From a virus: a stretch of DNA of 36,732 nt. A program made the translations under genes and the position numbers. The notes below the pieces were generated by a model, which saw only the letters and a list, made by a program, of their open reading frames with translations, ran no database searches and was not told where the DNA came from. How positions within the stretch are numbered: position 1 is the stretch's first letter; every line of letters begins with the position of its first letter. The stretch lies in the IMG/VR virus record IMGVR_UViG_3300029922_000179, one strand, 5' to 3'. This document shows, piece by piece, positions 25,947 through 33,670 of the stretch.

Positions 25947-26482
25947 TTTCCGACCTCATTGTAAGAGCCTGCCACATGGTCGGGGCGAATCTGCTTTGAC
26001 AGCGGAATAGCCACACCAGATTCAGCGAACGGCACCGATACTTGTCCTGACGTGTCGCGCTGTAGTGCGCTACCGGCGTTGACACCCATTCCCTGCATGT
26101 GGGTAGTGGCGCCACCGCTACCGTTGCCGCCTTTGATGGAGCCATCTGGCATTTGGGTTCCGCCCGGCGTGACCGATTGCCATGGATCTCCGAACTTGGC
26201 TTTCATCATCTGACCGAATTCTTCCAGGCGGTTCACCGCATTCGGGTCTGGTCGCTTGACGGCCCCGGTGCCGTTTTGATTATTCATGTCGGTCAGACCG
26301 AATTCGTTTGCCAAGCCGACAAGCGTCTTATCGATGTTTTTGGTGCGTGCTGTGCCGATGGAGGGAGGCGTCAAAAAAGCGCGCTGGATGAAATGATCAC
26401 CCTTACAACCACGAGGGCAGATCGGATTTTCCGCATCAAAAAAACCATGTGCGGCGCAACTCCATTCTTTGATGATCGTCAT
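25943..26482 (-). CDS. Hypothetical protein (179 aa) with an N-terminal Cys cluster
   Basis: ATG at 26482 lies 1 nt after the upstream stop. The ORF-track start at 26572 would overlap by 89 nt. Confidence 0.5.
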   Translation of the reverse strand: MTIIKEWSCAAHGFFDAENPICPRGCKGDHFIQRAFLTPPSIGTARTKNIDKTLVGLANEFGLTDMNNQNGTGAVKRPDPNAVNRLEEFGQMMKAKFGDPWQSVTPGGTQMPDGSIKGGNGSGGATTHMQGMGVNAGSALQRDTSGQVSVPFAESGVAIPLSKQIRPDHVAGSYNEVGK

Positions 26483-26483
26483 G

Positions 26484-26975
26484 TTATTTCTGCCTTGGTA
26501 ATGGGAGTGTTTGCTCCCGTTTAAAAATTTCCATGAATTTCGGCATCGCTGTCGGCGCTTGTTTTTGCTCAAACGTTCTCACTGTTGGCCCTGCTGCGCT
26601 CATCACAATTTTTCTAATTAACGGAATCGGCTTTGTCGGCGTATCGGAATAGATTATTTTACCATCGACCTTCTTAATCATGCCGCATTCGCATTTGAGC
26701 AGGAATCGTGACAAAATCACGTGCTTTTTATGACTCAATTTCCGCTGGCGGTGCTTATCTTGAACATTAGGACGTCCATGCACGATATCTAGCAGGCACA
26801 TGCGGTAGACCTTCGTCAGTAGGAAAACATCATTGATCGTCATTTTGTTTCTGTAAAACTGAAGGTCGATCGATGGTGGAACGTGTTTTTCCCATGGCGT
26901 GTACATTTTATTGAGAATGATACGCATCTCATCCCGAGACAGCAATTTAAAATCGTCGTCATATTCGCTAGCCAT
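26484..26975 (-). CDS. Hypothetical protein (163 aa)
   Basis: ORF track. 8-nt overlap with the terminase stop. Confidence 0.5.
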   Translation of the reverse strand: MASEYDDDFKLLSRDEMRIILNKMYTPWEKHVPPSIDLQFYRNKMTINDVFLLTKVYRMCLLDIVHGRPNVQDKHRQRKLSHKKHVILSRFLLKCECGMIKKVDGKIIYSDTPTKPIPLIRKIVMSAAGPTVRTFEQKQAPTAMPKFMEIFKREQTLPLPRQK

Positions 26976-28764
26976 TCTTCAACCCCATTTTTTTCAGGTA
27001 GTTGGTCACGGCATTACTTTGTACGCCCTCGTTTTGCGTGTCAAGTCGGTGGGCAACACCACGGGTAACCCCTGAGGTAATCATGCGCGCGCGGATGAAA
27101 TCACACCAAGCAACGTGCGCGAGCGCGGCAGCGATAACACGGTCATCCTTGCCACGACCGGGCGCTCCGATAGAGCCGTCATCTCGAATGACGTTCTTCA
27201 TTTCATCTAGCAACCCGGTGCTGGCGACAACAGAGGTCCCTCGCTCGAAACAATCCTTGTAGTAATTTAGCATACGCTCTTTCGAGTCATAGGATGTTTT
27301 CCAGTGGTATGCAGATGGTGCGCCGAATGAATCGACTCGCTTGTACAGGTAGTTTTCCATGTTCATGAGCACCTGGAGAACTCCGCGCCAGCTATCCTCC
27401 GTGATCATAGAGGCTTGGCGCTTCATGCTTTGCATCTCTAACCAGACGGCTTGCCCAGGGCCATTAATTTCCAGATTGACCATGACATTCTTGTAGGCGC
27501 CAGCTAGGTACATCAAGATCCAGGCGAACTGGTATGGGGAACAATCAGGCGTATTGAACTCGGCAACCTGGTCCATGCCATCGGCGTAGCATCGCCAGAT
27601 CGAAATGCAAAACCGATCGGCCCATTCGGAGGAGCCATAAGCCGGGTCGGCGCCGAGCACATAGAACGCGTTGGTTTTTGGAAATTCCCAGATGCGGGTA
27701 GACGCCAGCTTTTCCCCACACTCCAGGAATTCTGTGTCAGTGAAATTATCGTTGAGCACAAACCTAAAGGTGTGATTGGATAGCTGCTTGGCTTTTTTCT
27801 GTTCGTCGTTCAACCGTGTCGAGTTGAAAAACTGGGAGCCAGACAGAACAAAGGCATAATCCTCTGTCGGTGGAAATTCCTGGTACATCAACTGATCATC
27901 CTTGATGACCTCGTTCATCTTGTAGCGCCACCAGGCGATCTGCTCATCATCGATATCAAAGTCGTAGAGTTTCTTGACTTCGCGCACCCACTTCTTTTCC
28001 TCCGGATACATCTTCCCGTCCCAATAGACAGAATGGATGGCCGAGCCTTTTTTGCATCGGTATAGCTCATTGCGCCACCATCCAATGAAGATGGCCTTTT
28101 GCACTGCGGAATGTTTCGCGGTCTGCCATGTATCGTAAAAGTGGTTGTACCCGTGGGCCGTGGTTTCCCAGACATAGAACCGGTTTGGGTGTGTTTCAGC
28201 CAGCGACGCCTCCAGGGAAGCGATACCTTCCTCGTCGCCCCAGAAAGCAACCTCTGTTGCATGTAGGAAAGTCAGACCCTTACCGCGACCGAGGCCGGAA
28301 TTTTTTCGCGTACCGGCCACCTGATAGTTGAACCGGGATCGGTTCTTGGCGATCATCTGAGTCCGGTTGTGCGACTCGATCGGCACCTTGAATTTCTTCG
28401 GCAGACTATCGATATACATCGACAAGGTGGCCTTGATCATGTCCCGTGTTGGCTCATCGTGCGTAACGAGAGATCCAGACATGCCTGAATATTTGAACAA
28501 CCAATAAAGGTCGAGCGCCAACGTGATCGTCGTGATCATCACTTGACGACCCTTGAGCACCACAAATGTGTGGATGCCGTTTTTCAATCCATCGGCTACC
28601 TGCTCAATGAAATAGCGCTGTGTTCCAGTTATACGATCCTGCGTCAACCGGATAGGTCCGAATTCCTTGGTATCAATCTGGAGAGTCGCGCAGAATTCCC
28701 AGAAATTATCCACATTAAAATCAGAAGTCGACAGTGGCGGGATCTCTACTATTTCATCGCTCAT
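26968..28764 (-). CDS. terL: Terminase large subunit
   Basis: LKGRQVMITT (Walker-A-like), LTFLHATEVAFW (Walker-B/coupling-like), and the C-terminal nuclease motifs VLGADPAYGSSEWADRF and GKDDRVIAAALA. Confidence 0.8.
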   Translation of the reverse strand: MSDEIVEIPPLSTSDFNVDNFWEFCATLQIDTKEFGPIRLTQDRITGTQRYFIEQVADGLKNGIHTFVVLKGRQVMITTITLALDLYWLFKYSGMSGSLVTHDEPTRDMIKATLSMYIDSLPKKFKVPIESHNRTQMIAKNRSRFNYQVAGTRKNSGLGRGKGLTFLHATEVAFWGDEEGIASLEASLAETHPNRFYVWETTAHGYNHFYDTWQTAKHSAVQKAIFIGWWRNELYRCKKGSAIHSVYWDGKMYPEEKKWVREVKKLYDFDIDDEQIAWWRYKMNEVIKDDQLMYQEFPPTEDYAFVLSGSQFFNSTRLNDEQKKAKQLSNHTFRFVLNDNFTDTEFLECGEKLASTRIWEFPKTNAFYVLGADPAYGSSEWADRFCISIWRCYADGMDQVAEFNTPDCSPYQFAWILMYLAGAYKNVMVNLEINGPGQAVWLEMQSMKRQASMITEDSWRGVLQVLMNMENYLYKRVDSFGAPSAYHWKTSYDSKERMLNYYKDCFERGTSVVASTGLLDEMKNVIRDDGSIGAPGRGKDDRVIAAALAHVAWCDFIRARMITSGVTRGVAHRLDTQNEGVQSNAVTNYLKKMGLKNG

Positions 28765-28979
28765 GGGATGTATTTTTCAGAAAGCCATCGTTGATTGAGT
28801 TCAAGAAGTACGCGCCCGGCAGAGTCATCTCCACGTAGGTCGCGCCGTTCTTTTAGCATTGCAAGAAAGTTGATCTTACTGTCCTCGTTGACCATGTTTT
28901 CCCAACGAGCAACCCATGCCTCCTCAGTCGAATGCTTTCTCTCATGCTGCAAAGGACTGAGGAAGTTGGTCATAGTCAA
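28761..28979 (-). CDS. Hypothetical small protein (72 aa)
   Basis: ATGA overlaps on both sides. Confidence 0.5.
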   Translation of the reverse strand: MTMTNFLSPLQHERKHSTEEAWVARWENMVNEDSKINFLAMLKERRDLRGDDSAGRVLLELNQRWLSEKYIP

Positions 28980-29197
28980 GTTTCCAGAGCCAACTTTTCC
29001 TGACCAAACTCTGCACCAGTTGCCTTTTCAACCTGCACGCCTGTCGCCAGAAGACGGATGACTTCGTTGACTTTCGGAACTGCTACATCGATCTTGTGGT
29101 GCGCGGACAAAACATGGTTGATGGCAGCGGCCCGGCTAATAGCGTCGACCAGATGTGTCTTGTTGTGAAACTCCACTGAGTAGATGCGGTTTGCCAT
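28976..29197 (-). CDS. Hypothetical small protein (73 aa)
   Basis: ATG at 29197 follows AAGGA and lies 1 nt after the upstream stop. The ORF-track start is at 29230. Confidence 0.5.
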   Translation of the reverse strand: MANRIYSVEFHNKTHLVDAISRAAAINHVLSAHHKIDVAVPKVNEVIRLLATGVQVEKATGAEFGQEKLALET

Positions 29198-29198
29198 C

Positions 29199-29594
29199 TT
29201 ATTTGTCCTTGAAAGTAAAGTGGATAACATCGGCCAATACGTTATGCGCCTCAGAGGAAATGCCGGATGCTACCGACTGTAGTTCACGTAAAGCAGCAAC
29301 TTCCTCCTGATACATCGGCGTATCGATGTTGTGAATGAAGTTTTCCAGTAGCAATACTAACCGACTTTGCACAGGAACAACTTCTGCAATCGACGTATCA
29401 AGACTGTGGTCGGTGGACAAAATCGATGGATCAGCCTGTGCTGTGATTCCAGAGGCAGAAGATGGTGCCGCCTCATCCTGCAAAACCGTTGTTGACGTTT
29501 CTGTTGTGTTTTTACCTTCGACTTCGTGCAATATCCCGTCGACAATATGCCCTAGCTTTTCCTTCAATCCCTCAAGTTCTTCTGATCCAATCAT
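29199..29594 (-). CDS. First gene of the late operon, acidic hypothetical protein (131 aa)
   Basis: AGGAG lies 6 nt upstream of the ATG at 29594. The ATG at 29600 abuts the SD. Confidence 0.5.
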   Translation of the reverse strand: MIGSEELEGLKEKLGHIVDGILHEVEGKNTTETSTTVLQDEAAPSSASGITAQADPSILSTDHSLDTSIAEVVPVQSRLVLLLENFIHNIDTPMYQEEVAALRELQSVASGISSEAHNVLADVIHFTFKDK

Positions 29595-29629
29595 TTCCAT
29601 CTCCTAATCTGTTGTGTTTCGGAGCACTT

Positions 29630-29657
29630 ATTTTATCGTAATTCTTCTTGTATTCAA
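29630..29657 (-). promoter_or_regulatory. Sigma70-like late-operon promoter (TTGAAT-N16-TAAAAT on the minus strand)
   Basis: On the plus strand, attcaa at 29652..29657 and atttta at 29630..29635. Lies about 35 nt upstream of the first late ATG. Confidence 0.45.
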
Positions 29658-29816
29658 ATGAATATGTTAATTCGTTCTTCAGACCTTTTAGTTCTGCTCA
29701 TTCGCTTGTCCCGACGCATTCAGTTTTTTTGTAAACCTTTCATTAAAATCAACATCTCTCTCCTGCGTTGACTCAGTCTTTCATGGAAAGTTGATTTTTT
29801 CTTTGGGGGAGGATGG

Positions 29817-29996
29817 GTGGCGACACCTCCAAAACCATCAGCCAAGACCATTTACAACCCCAAAGATACTAACCACTCCCCTCGACTTGGCAACCTCTCC
29901 ATCAACCAACCCCTCATCACACCACCAGCGCCTCACATCCACCTCCTAAACCACCCCTCCGCAGCCACCAAAACAGGCAATCAAACCAAAAAACAT
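29817..29996 (+). other. C/A-rich, G-poor tract (about 8 percent G by hand count) with anti-SD-like CACCTCC(T) motifs
   Basis: CACCTCC at 29824..29830, CACCTCCT at 29940..29947, CCCCTCC at 29954..29960. Preceded by gggggaggatgggtgg. Confidence 0.6.
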
Positions 29997-30179
29997 TGAT
30001 TGTTCCAAAAGCCTTTACAATCGCATATTTTATGTTGCCATTGGACAGGATTGGGTGACATTCCCGCTCAAATAGCCCCCTATTAAACATAACCAAAACA
30101 GCAAGATAGCTCAAAAGTCATAACGTCTACGCATCGTCGCAGGGGCGGTCAACGCCCCAAAACGCTCCTGCATGCTACG

Positions 30180-30650
30180 AAAAATAGATAGAAGACGAAC
30201 GAGACTCTTAAGGGCGGTTCGGCAAGAGAGGGGTTATATCCAACTCAGAAAGGTGCTTGAGACGACGCAGGACTAGCCAAGGAGACCTCCCAGAACCTAG
30301 TGGAGGGATTCCAGACAACGCCAGGACGATCAAGGGAGCGGCGCAAGGGATTGCAAGAGAGAGCGCGACCGAGACGAATCCACTCACGGACGACAGAGAC
30401 AAGGGGGCGGCGCTTGACGGCAGCGATAATAGAAGCGCAAAAGAGTTTGAAACGATTAACGGCATCACAACGAGTGCCGAAAAGGTCTTCGAGACGGCCC
30501 TTAACGTAAGCGCCATAACCGCGACGCAACGCCTCTTGATTACGAAGTGGAAACTCAGAACGGAAAAAAGCAGCAAGAGAAAACTTGACGCCCCGGTCCT
30601 CGCAGTCAAGGGCAAAGCCCGACAAGGCCCGATCTATAAGAAACAGCACC
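30180..30650 (+). other. Purine-rich, T-depleted tract (about 12 percent T over 30241..30600), open in four reading frames; candidate non-coding RNA or DNA element
   Basis: Hand count gives 44 T in 360 nt. Four overlapping ORFs on both strands are explained by the lack of T on the plus strand. Confidence 0.5.
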
Positions 30651-30714
30651 TTTTCCCGCTTCACCGCTGAGCTCTTCTTGCCGCCGTGAGAGCATTGTTC
30701 TTTGGTGTACCGGG

Positions 30715-30765
30715 AACCCCTACTTTCACTAAAGACTACCCCAGTTAAAGTAGGGGTTGTTTTAG
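30715..30765 (+). terminator. 12-bp perfect hairpin (aacccctacttt / aaagtaggggtt, 20-nt loop) followed by gtttt
   Basis: Arms at 30715..30726 and 30747..30758. The short T-run and long loop make it atypical. Confidence 0.3.
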
Positions 30766-30813
30766 CCAGGAAAGCGGCGTTAGGCCGTGCTTTGTGTGAG
30801 AGTCTTGTAGACA

Positions 30814-30960
30814 TAAAAAAACCCCGATTCGTTTACGTGGGCCACGTAGCAGCCCTGCCAGGCACCATCAATATCGTATAACAGGATGAATTCCGATAAA
30901 GACAGCACGAGGCCCACGTAAAGAAACCGGGGGTCTTTATCCTGTTACCAATATCGATGG
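30814..30960. promoter_or_regulatory. Cluster of interleaved dyad symmetries and short direct repeats (operator-, origin- or RNA-structure-like)
   Basis: Palindrome tacgtgg-g-ccacgta at 30834..30848. The 12-nt arm tttacgtgggcc (30832..30843) pairs with ggcccacgtaaa (30911..30922). taacaggat (30879..30887) pairs with atcctgtta (30939..30947). caatatcg occurs at 30869 and 30949. Confidence 0.45.
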
Positions 30961-31070
30961 CAGTCGATAAGCACAACAATAAACCAAACAAGGCCAGCAA
31001 TCAAGCACTTTCCGTAATCATTTTCATCGAACAAATAACGACGCAATCTAAAAATAAGTACGAAAACACT

Positions 31071-31098
31071 TTGAATTAACTAATTCATTTGCTATAAT
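31071..31098 (+). promoter_or_regulatory. Sigma70-like early promoter with extended -10 (TTGAAT-N16-TGcTATAAT)
   Basis: TTGAAT at 31071..31076 and TATAAT at 31093..31098. The first downstream ATG is at 31134 with a GGAG SD. Confidence 0.55.
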
Positions 31099-31133
31099 AA
31101 ATACATCAACAACACAGATAGATGGAGCTACTA

Positions 31134-31265
31134 ATGTTCAACGTAATCGATCGTCAAACCGGAAAAGTAGTTGGCACATACAGCACACGAGTTCGCGCTA
31201 GCCGTGCACGCGACAAGAAAGACCTCGAATACGGTGCTTACCGCTACAGCGTCGTCGCAGCTTAA
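31134..31265 (+). CDS. 43-aa basic micro-protein (below the ORF-track cutoff)
   Basis: Hand translation gives MFNVIDRQTGKVVGTYSTRVRASRARDKKDLEYGAYRYSVVAA. GGAG lies 6 nt upstream. Confidence 0.5.
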   Translation: MFNVIDRQTGKVVGTYSTRVRASRARDKKDLEYGAYRYSVVAA

Positions 31266-31314
31266 AACCGACCAGTCACCAAACGCAAAGCACCGCGCAA
31301 CTAGGAGAGATGAA

Positions 31315-31515
31315 ATGCAAACAGTCAAAGTAAACGGCGTAGGTGGCGAATGGACTAAGACTACGGTTACAGTTCAAGGCAAAGCATGCCGCCGCATTAT
31401 GGCTCCTGACGGCAGCAAAGACTACGATTACGAAGGTGTTCGCAGCGTCGTCCGTCTTCGCCACACTAGCAAACTGGCAATTGCAATCGAAGCAGAAATC
31501 GTCAAGCTGTCGTAA
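31315..31515 (+). CDS. Hypothetical small protein (66 aa)
   Basis: AGGAGA lies 6 nt upstream of the ATG at 31315. The ORF-track TTG start at 31171 is unlikely. Confidence 0.5.
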   Translation: MQTVKVNGVGGEWTKTTVTVQGKACRRIMAPDGSKDYDYEGVRSVVRLRHTSKLAIAIEAEIVKLS

Positions 31516-31558
31516 CCAACCGGGGCTTCGGCCCAAAACCACAACAGGAGCTAAACAA

Positions 31559-32116
31559 ATGAAAACCACATTAAAAAAGATCAGAGAGTGTGCGGCATCC
31601 CCCGCCAGCTTACAAAAGTTATTGCGTTCGTTAGGTAAAACGAAAGCAGATGCCGAACCCGTTTCCATCATTCAGATTCTGGACAGCAACGGATTAGATG
31701 ATGCGCTGTGGTGTCTGCGTGCAGTGGAAGGTCATGACCGCGAGATTCGACTTTTTGCTGTGTGGTGCGCTCGCCAAGTCGAACATTTGATGATGGATGA
31801 GAGAAGCAAGAACGCATTGAACGTCGCCGAACGTTTCGCCAATGGCGAGGCATCGAAAGTCGAATTGGCCGCTGCCAAGGCCGCTGCCTTGGCAGCTGCC
31901 TGGGCCGCTGCCTGGGCCGCTGCCTGGGCCACTGCCAGGGCCGCTGCCTTGGACGCTGCCTGGGCCACTGCCAGGGCCACTACCAAGGCCGCTGCCTTGG
32001 ACGCTGCCTTGGACGCTGCCTGGGACGCTGCCTGGGCCACTGCCAGGGCCGCTCAAGAAAAAGAACTGCGCCGAGTCTGCGCAAAGATCGAAGCAGATTT
32101 GGCAGTAGGCGCATAG
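31559..32116 (+). CDS. Helical protein with a C-terminal Ala-rich tetrapeptide repeat, (A/D)(A/T)(A/T)(W/L/R/K) x15
   Basis: AGGAG SD before the ATG at 31559. The N-terminal part (ALWCLRAV...RLFAVWCARQVEHL...ALNVAERFANGEAS) resembles Imm5-like putative immunity proteins, from memory only and unverified. Confidence 0.55.
   Translation: MKTTLKKIRECAASPASLQKLLRSLGKTKADAEPVSIIQILDSNGLDDALWCLRAVEGHDREIRLFAVWCARQVEHLMMDERSKNALNVAERFANGEASKVELAAAKAAALAAAWAAAWAAAWATARAAALDAAWATARATTKAAALDAALDAAWDAAWATARAAQEKELRRVCAKIEADLAVGA
31868..32047 (+). repeat. 12-nt coding tandem repeat (GCC GCT GCC TGG and variants), 15 units
   Basis: Units read AAAK AAAL AAAW AAAW AAAW ATAR AAAL DAAW ATAR ATTK AAAL DAAL DAAW DAAW ATAR. 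Confidence 0.85.
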
Positions 32117-32190
32117 AACACTGGCCTAGACCTAGTTGCGCAGATTTTAATAGTATTAAGAATAACCATATCTAATAGATGGAGAGCGAG

Positions 32191-32349
32191 ATGACCGCAT
32201 TCATTCTGGCAATAATGATAACAGCAACGGACGGCCTGCCGTTGTTCCGTTTTGACTCAAAGGAAGTATGCGAGTCAGTCAGGGAAATGATGATCGAAGA
32301 GGCGCGGGATCATGTCGAGTGCGTCAAGGTCAAAATCAACGAAACCTGA
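32191..32349 (+). CDS. 52-aa small protein (below the ORF-track cutoff)
   Basis: GGAGAG SD. Hand translation gives MTAFILAIMITATDGLPLFRFDSKEVCESVREMMIEEARDHVECVKVKINET. Confidence 0.5.
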   Translation: MTAFILAIMITATDGLPLFRFDSKEVCESVREMMIEEARDHVECVKVKINET

Positions 32350-32361
32350 AGGAGGATTATC

Positions 32362-32598
32362 TTGGACACATTGGTCTTGTTGATTTTAACAGGATGCCAA
32401 AAAACACCGCACCACATGCATCGTCATGCGATGTGCGCCTTTGTCTTTGAGAGAGTAAATCATGAGCTACCTAGCCACCACGTTCTTTTATCTCCAAGCG
32501 CTCGCGCTCCAGAACATCGGGACAAGATGCGGCGAAATGTACTATCACGCTATGTGCTTGGCCGCCGCCAATCTGATCAAGGAGGGTCTGTAACATGA
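32362..32598 (+). CDS. Uncertain small ORF (78 aa, TTG start, lipobox-like LILTGC)
   Basis: AAGGAGG lies 6 nt upstream of the TTG. A competing 43-aa ATG ORF (32462..32593, MSYLATTFFYLQALALQNIGTRCGEMYYHAMCLAAANLIKEGL) lies in another frame. Confidence 0.3.
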   Translation: MDTLVLLILTGCQKTPHHMHRHAMCAFVFERVNHELPSHHVLLSPSARAPEHRDKMRRNVLSRYVLGRRQSDQGGSVT

Positions 32599-32801
32599 GC
32601 CTCGCAGACTTAATAAAAAAGGCCAGAAAATCCTCTGGAATGACCCTAGATGAGCTAGCCGAGTGTGCGAGCATGAGCAAGTCCTACATCTGGAGCCTGG
32701 AGAACGGCGTAGACACAAATCCGACACTGGGCCACTGCGTGCGGCTTTCTCTGGCGCTCGGAATCAGCGTTAATGCAATGGCTGCGGCATCTGTAGCATG
32801 A
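32595..32801 (+). CDS. XRE/Cro-family helix-turn-helix regulator
   Basis: IKKARKSSGMTLDELAECASMSKSYIWSLENGVDTNPTLGHCVRLSLALGISV is a canonical HTH_3-type pattern. AAGGAGG SD. Confidence 0.8.
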   Translation: MSLADLIKKARKSSGMTLDELAECASMSKSYIWSLENGVDTNPTLGHCVRLSLALGISVNAMAAASVA

Positions 32802-33046
32802 GGACCGAGTACCCCATCGGCGCAGCTCTTGGCATGACCATTATCATCGTGCTGCAATGTATCATTATGCCAGCACTAGATGAGCGTGATGCAAAGCGGC
32901 AGCAAGAAGCAAAGGTGGCGCAAAACAAGCGCCTTTTCAATAAACTTTACAAGGACGCCGAGTCAATGACGTTCCCCATTGATGCATACCCACCGGAGAA
33001 TCATCATGTCAGAGGAAGAAAAGAAGGTGATAGCGGCAAAAGCTGA
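32798..33046 (+). CDS. Small membrane protein (82 aa)
   Basis: ATGA overlap with the regulator gene. TM segment IGAALGMTIIIVLQCIIMPAL. Confidence 0.5.
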   Translation: MRTEYPIGAALGMTIIIVLQCIIMPALDERDAKRQQEAKVAQNKRLFNKLYKDAESMTFPIDAYPPENHHVRGRKEGDSGKS

Positions 33047-33176
33047 AATTGCCGAATACAACGAAGCATTCCTAAGGGGCGAGGAAACGCATTACCCGCA
33101 GTGGGCAGACAATTTTCTACTGCAATATGCTGCGCTCTTGGCCACCAAACAATTAATAGAAAGGATGATGCAATAG
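33006..33176 (+). CDS. Hypothetical small protein (56 aa)
   Basis: GGAGA lies 6 nt upstream of the ATG at 33006. Confidence 0.45.
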   Translation: MSEEEKKVIAAKAEIAEYNEAFLRGEETHYPQWADNFLLQYAALLATKQLIERMMQ

Positions 33177-33292
33177 TGTTCACAAATTTATACGCAAAAC
33201 TGCCGCCGCCGGTGAAATGTACTCACTGCGGATACAAGCATTATTCGACGGTTTGCACAATCTGCAAAACACCAGTGAAAGAGAAATCATGA
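33176..33292 (+). CDS. 38-aa zinc-ribbon micro-protein (CxxC...CxxC)
   Basis: GTG at 33176 overlaps the upstream TAG. Translation is VFTNLYAKLPPPVKCTHCGYKHYSTVCTICKTPVKEKS. Confidence 0.35.
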   Translation: MFTNLYAKLPPPVKCTHCGYKHYSTVCTICKTPVKEKS

Positions 33293-33549
33293 ATCTCATC
33301 ATTAACGCAAAAGTCAAATCAGTATTGCATGACACAGAGAACTATAAGCGCATCGTCTGCGAAGACGAAGAACAGGCCGTAGAACTGCTTGGAATCATCA
33401 ACTCCGAAAAGTCATTGCAAGAGGATCTTAAAAAGGCACACGCCGCGATGAGCCAAGCAAATACGGCACTGATCCAGGCGCGCGACATGCTCCAAGAGCT
33501 CAATTCTGCCCTAAAAGCGCATGAGGCAATCTCTAAAGCAGGCAAGTAA
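33289..33549 (+). CDS. Hypothetical helical protein (86 aa)
   Basis: ATGA overlap with the upstream ORF. Coiled-coil-like C-terminus. Confidence 0.5.
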   Translation: MNLIINAKVKSVLHDTENYKRIVCEDEEQAVELLGIINSEKSLQEDLKKAHAAMSQANTALIQARDMLQELNSALKAHEAISKAGK

Positions 33550-33670
33550 TTTACGATTTTCATCTCTTTAAATCGCGCCTCGACTATCGTTCCAAGGGCG
33601 GTCAAAAAAGGGACAGGCCGGGATGGGAAGACCGGCGATAACCCAAAAATCAATACACAAGGAGCTTTAC

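Noticed and set aside
30208-30814. Four overlapping ORFs (135 and 189 aa on the minus strand; 137 and 69 aa on the plus strand)
   Set aside because: Simultaneous openness of several frames is explained by T depletion. Starts are TTG, or an ATG preceded by a T-run without an SD. I did not recognise any protein family. Kept as a possible ncRNA or element instead.
29600-31133. Search for tRNA or tmRNA in the large non-coding region
   Set aside because: No GGTTCGAATCC-like T-loop with a matching acceptor stem, and no tmRNA-like 5' end, was recognisable by eye. A tRNAscan/Aragorn run would be needed to be certain.
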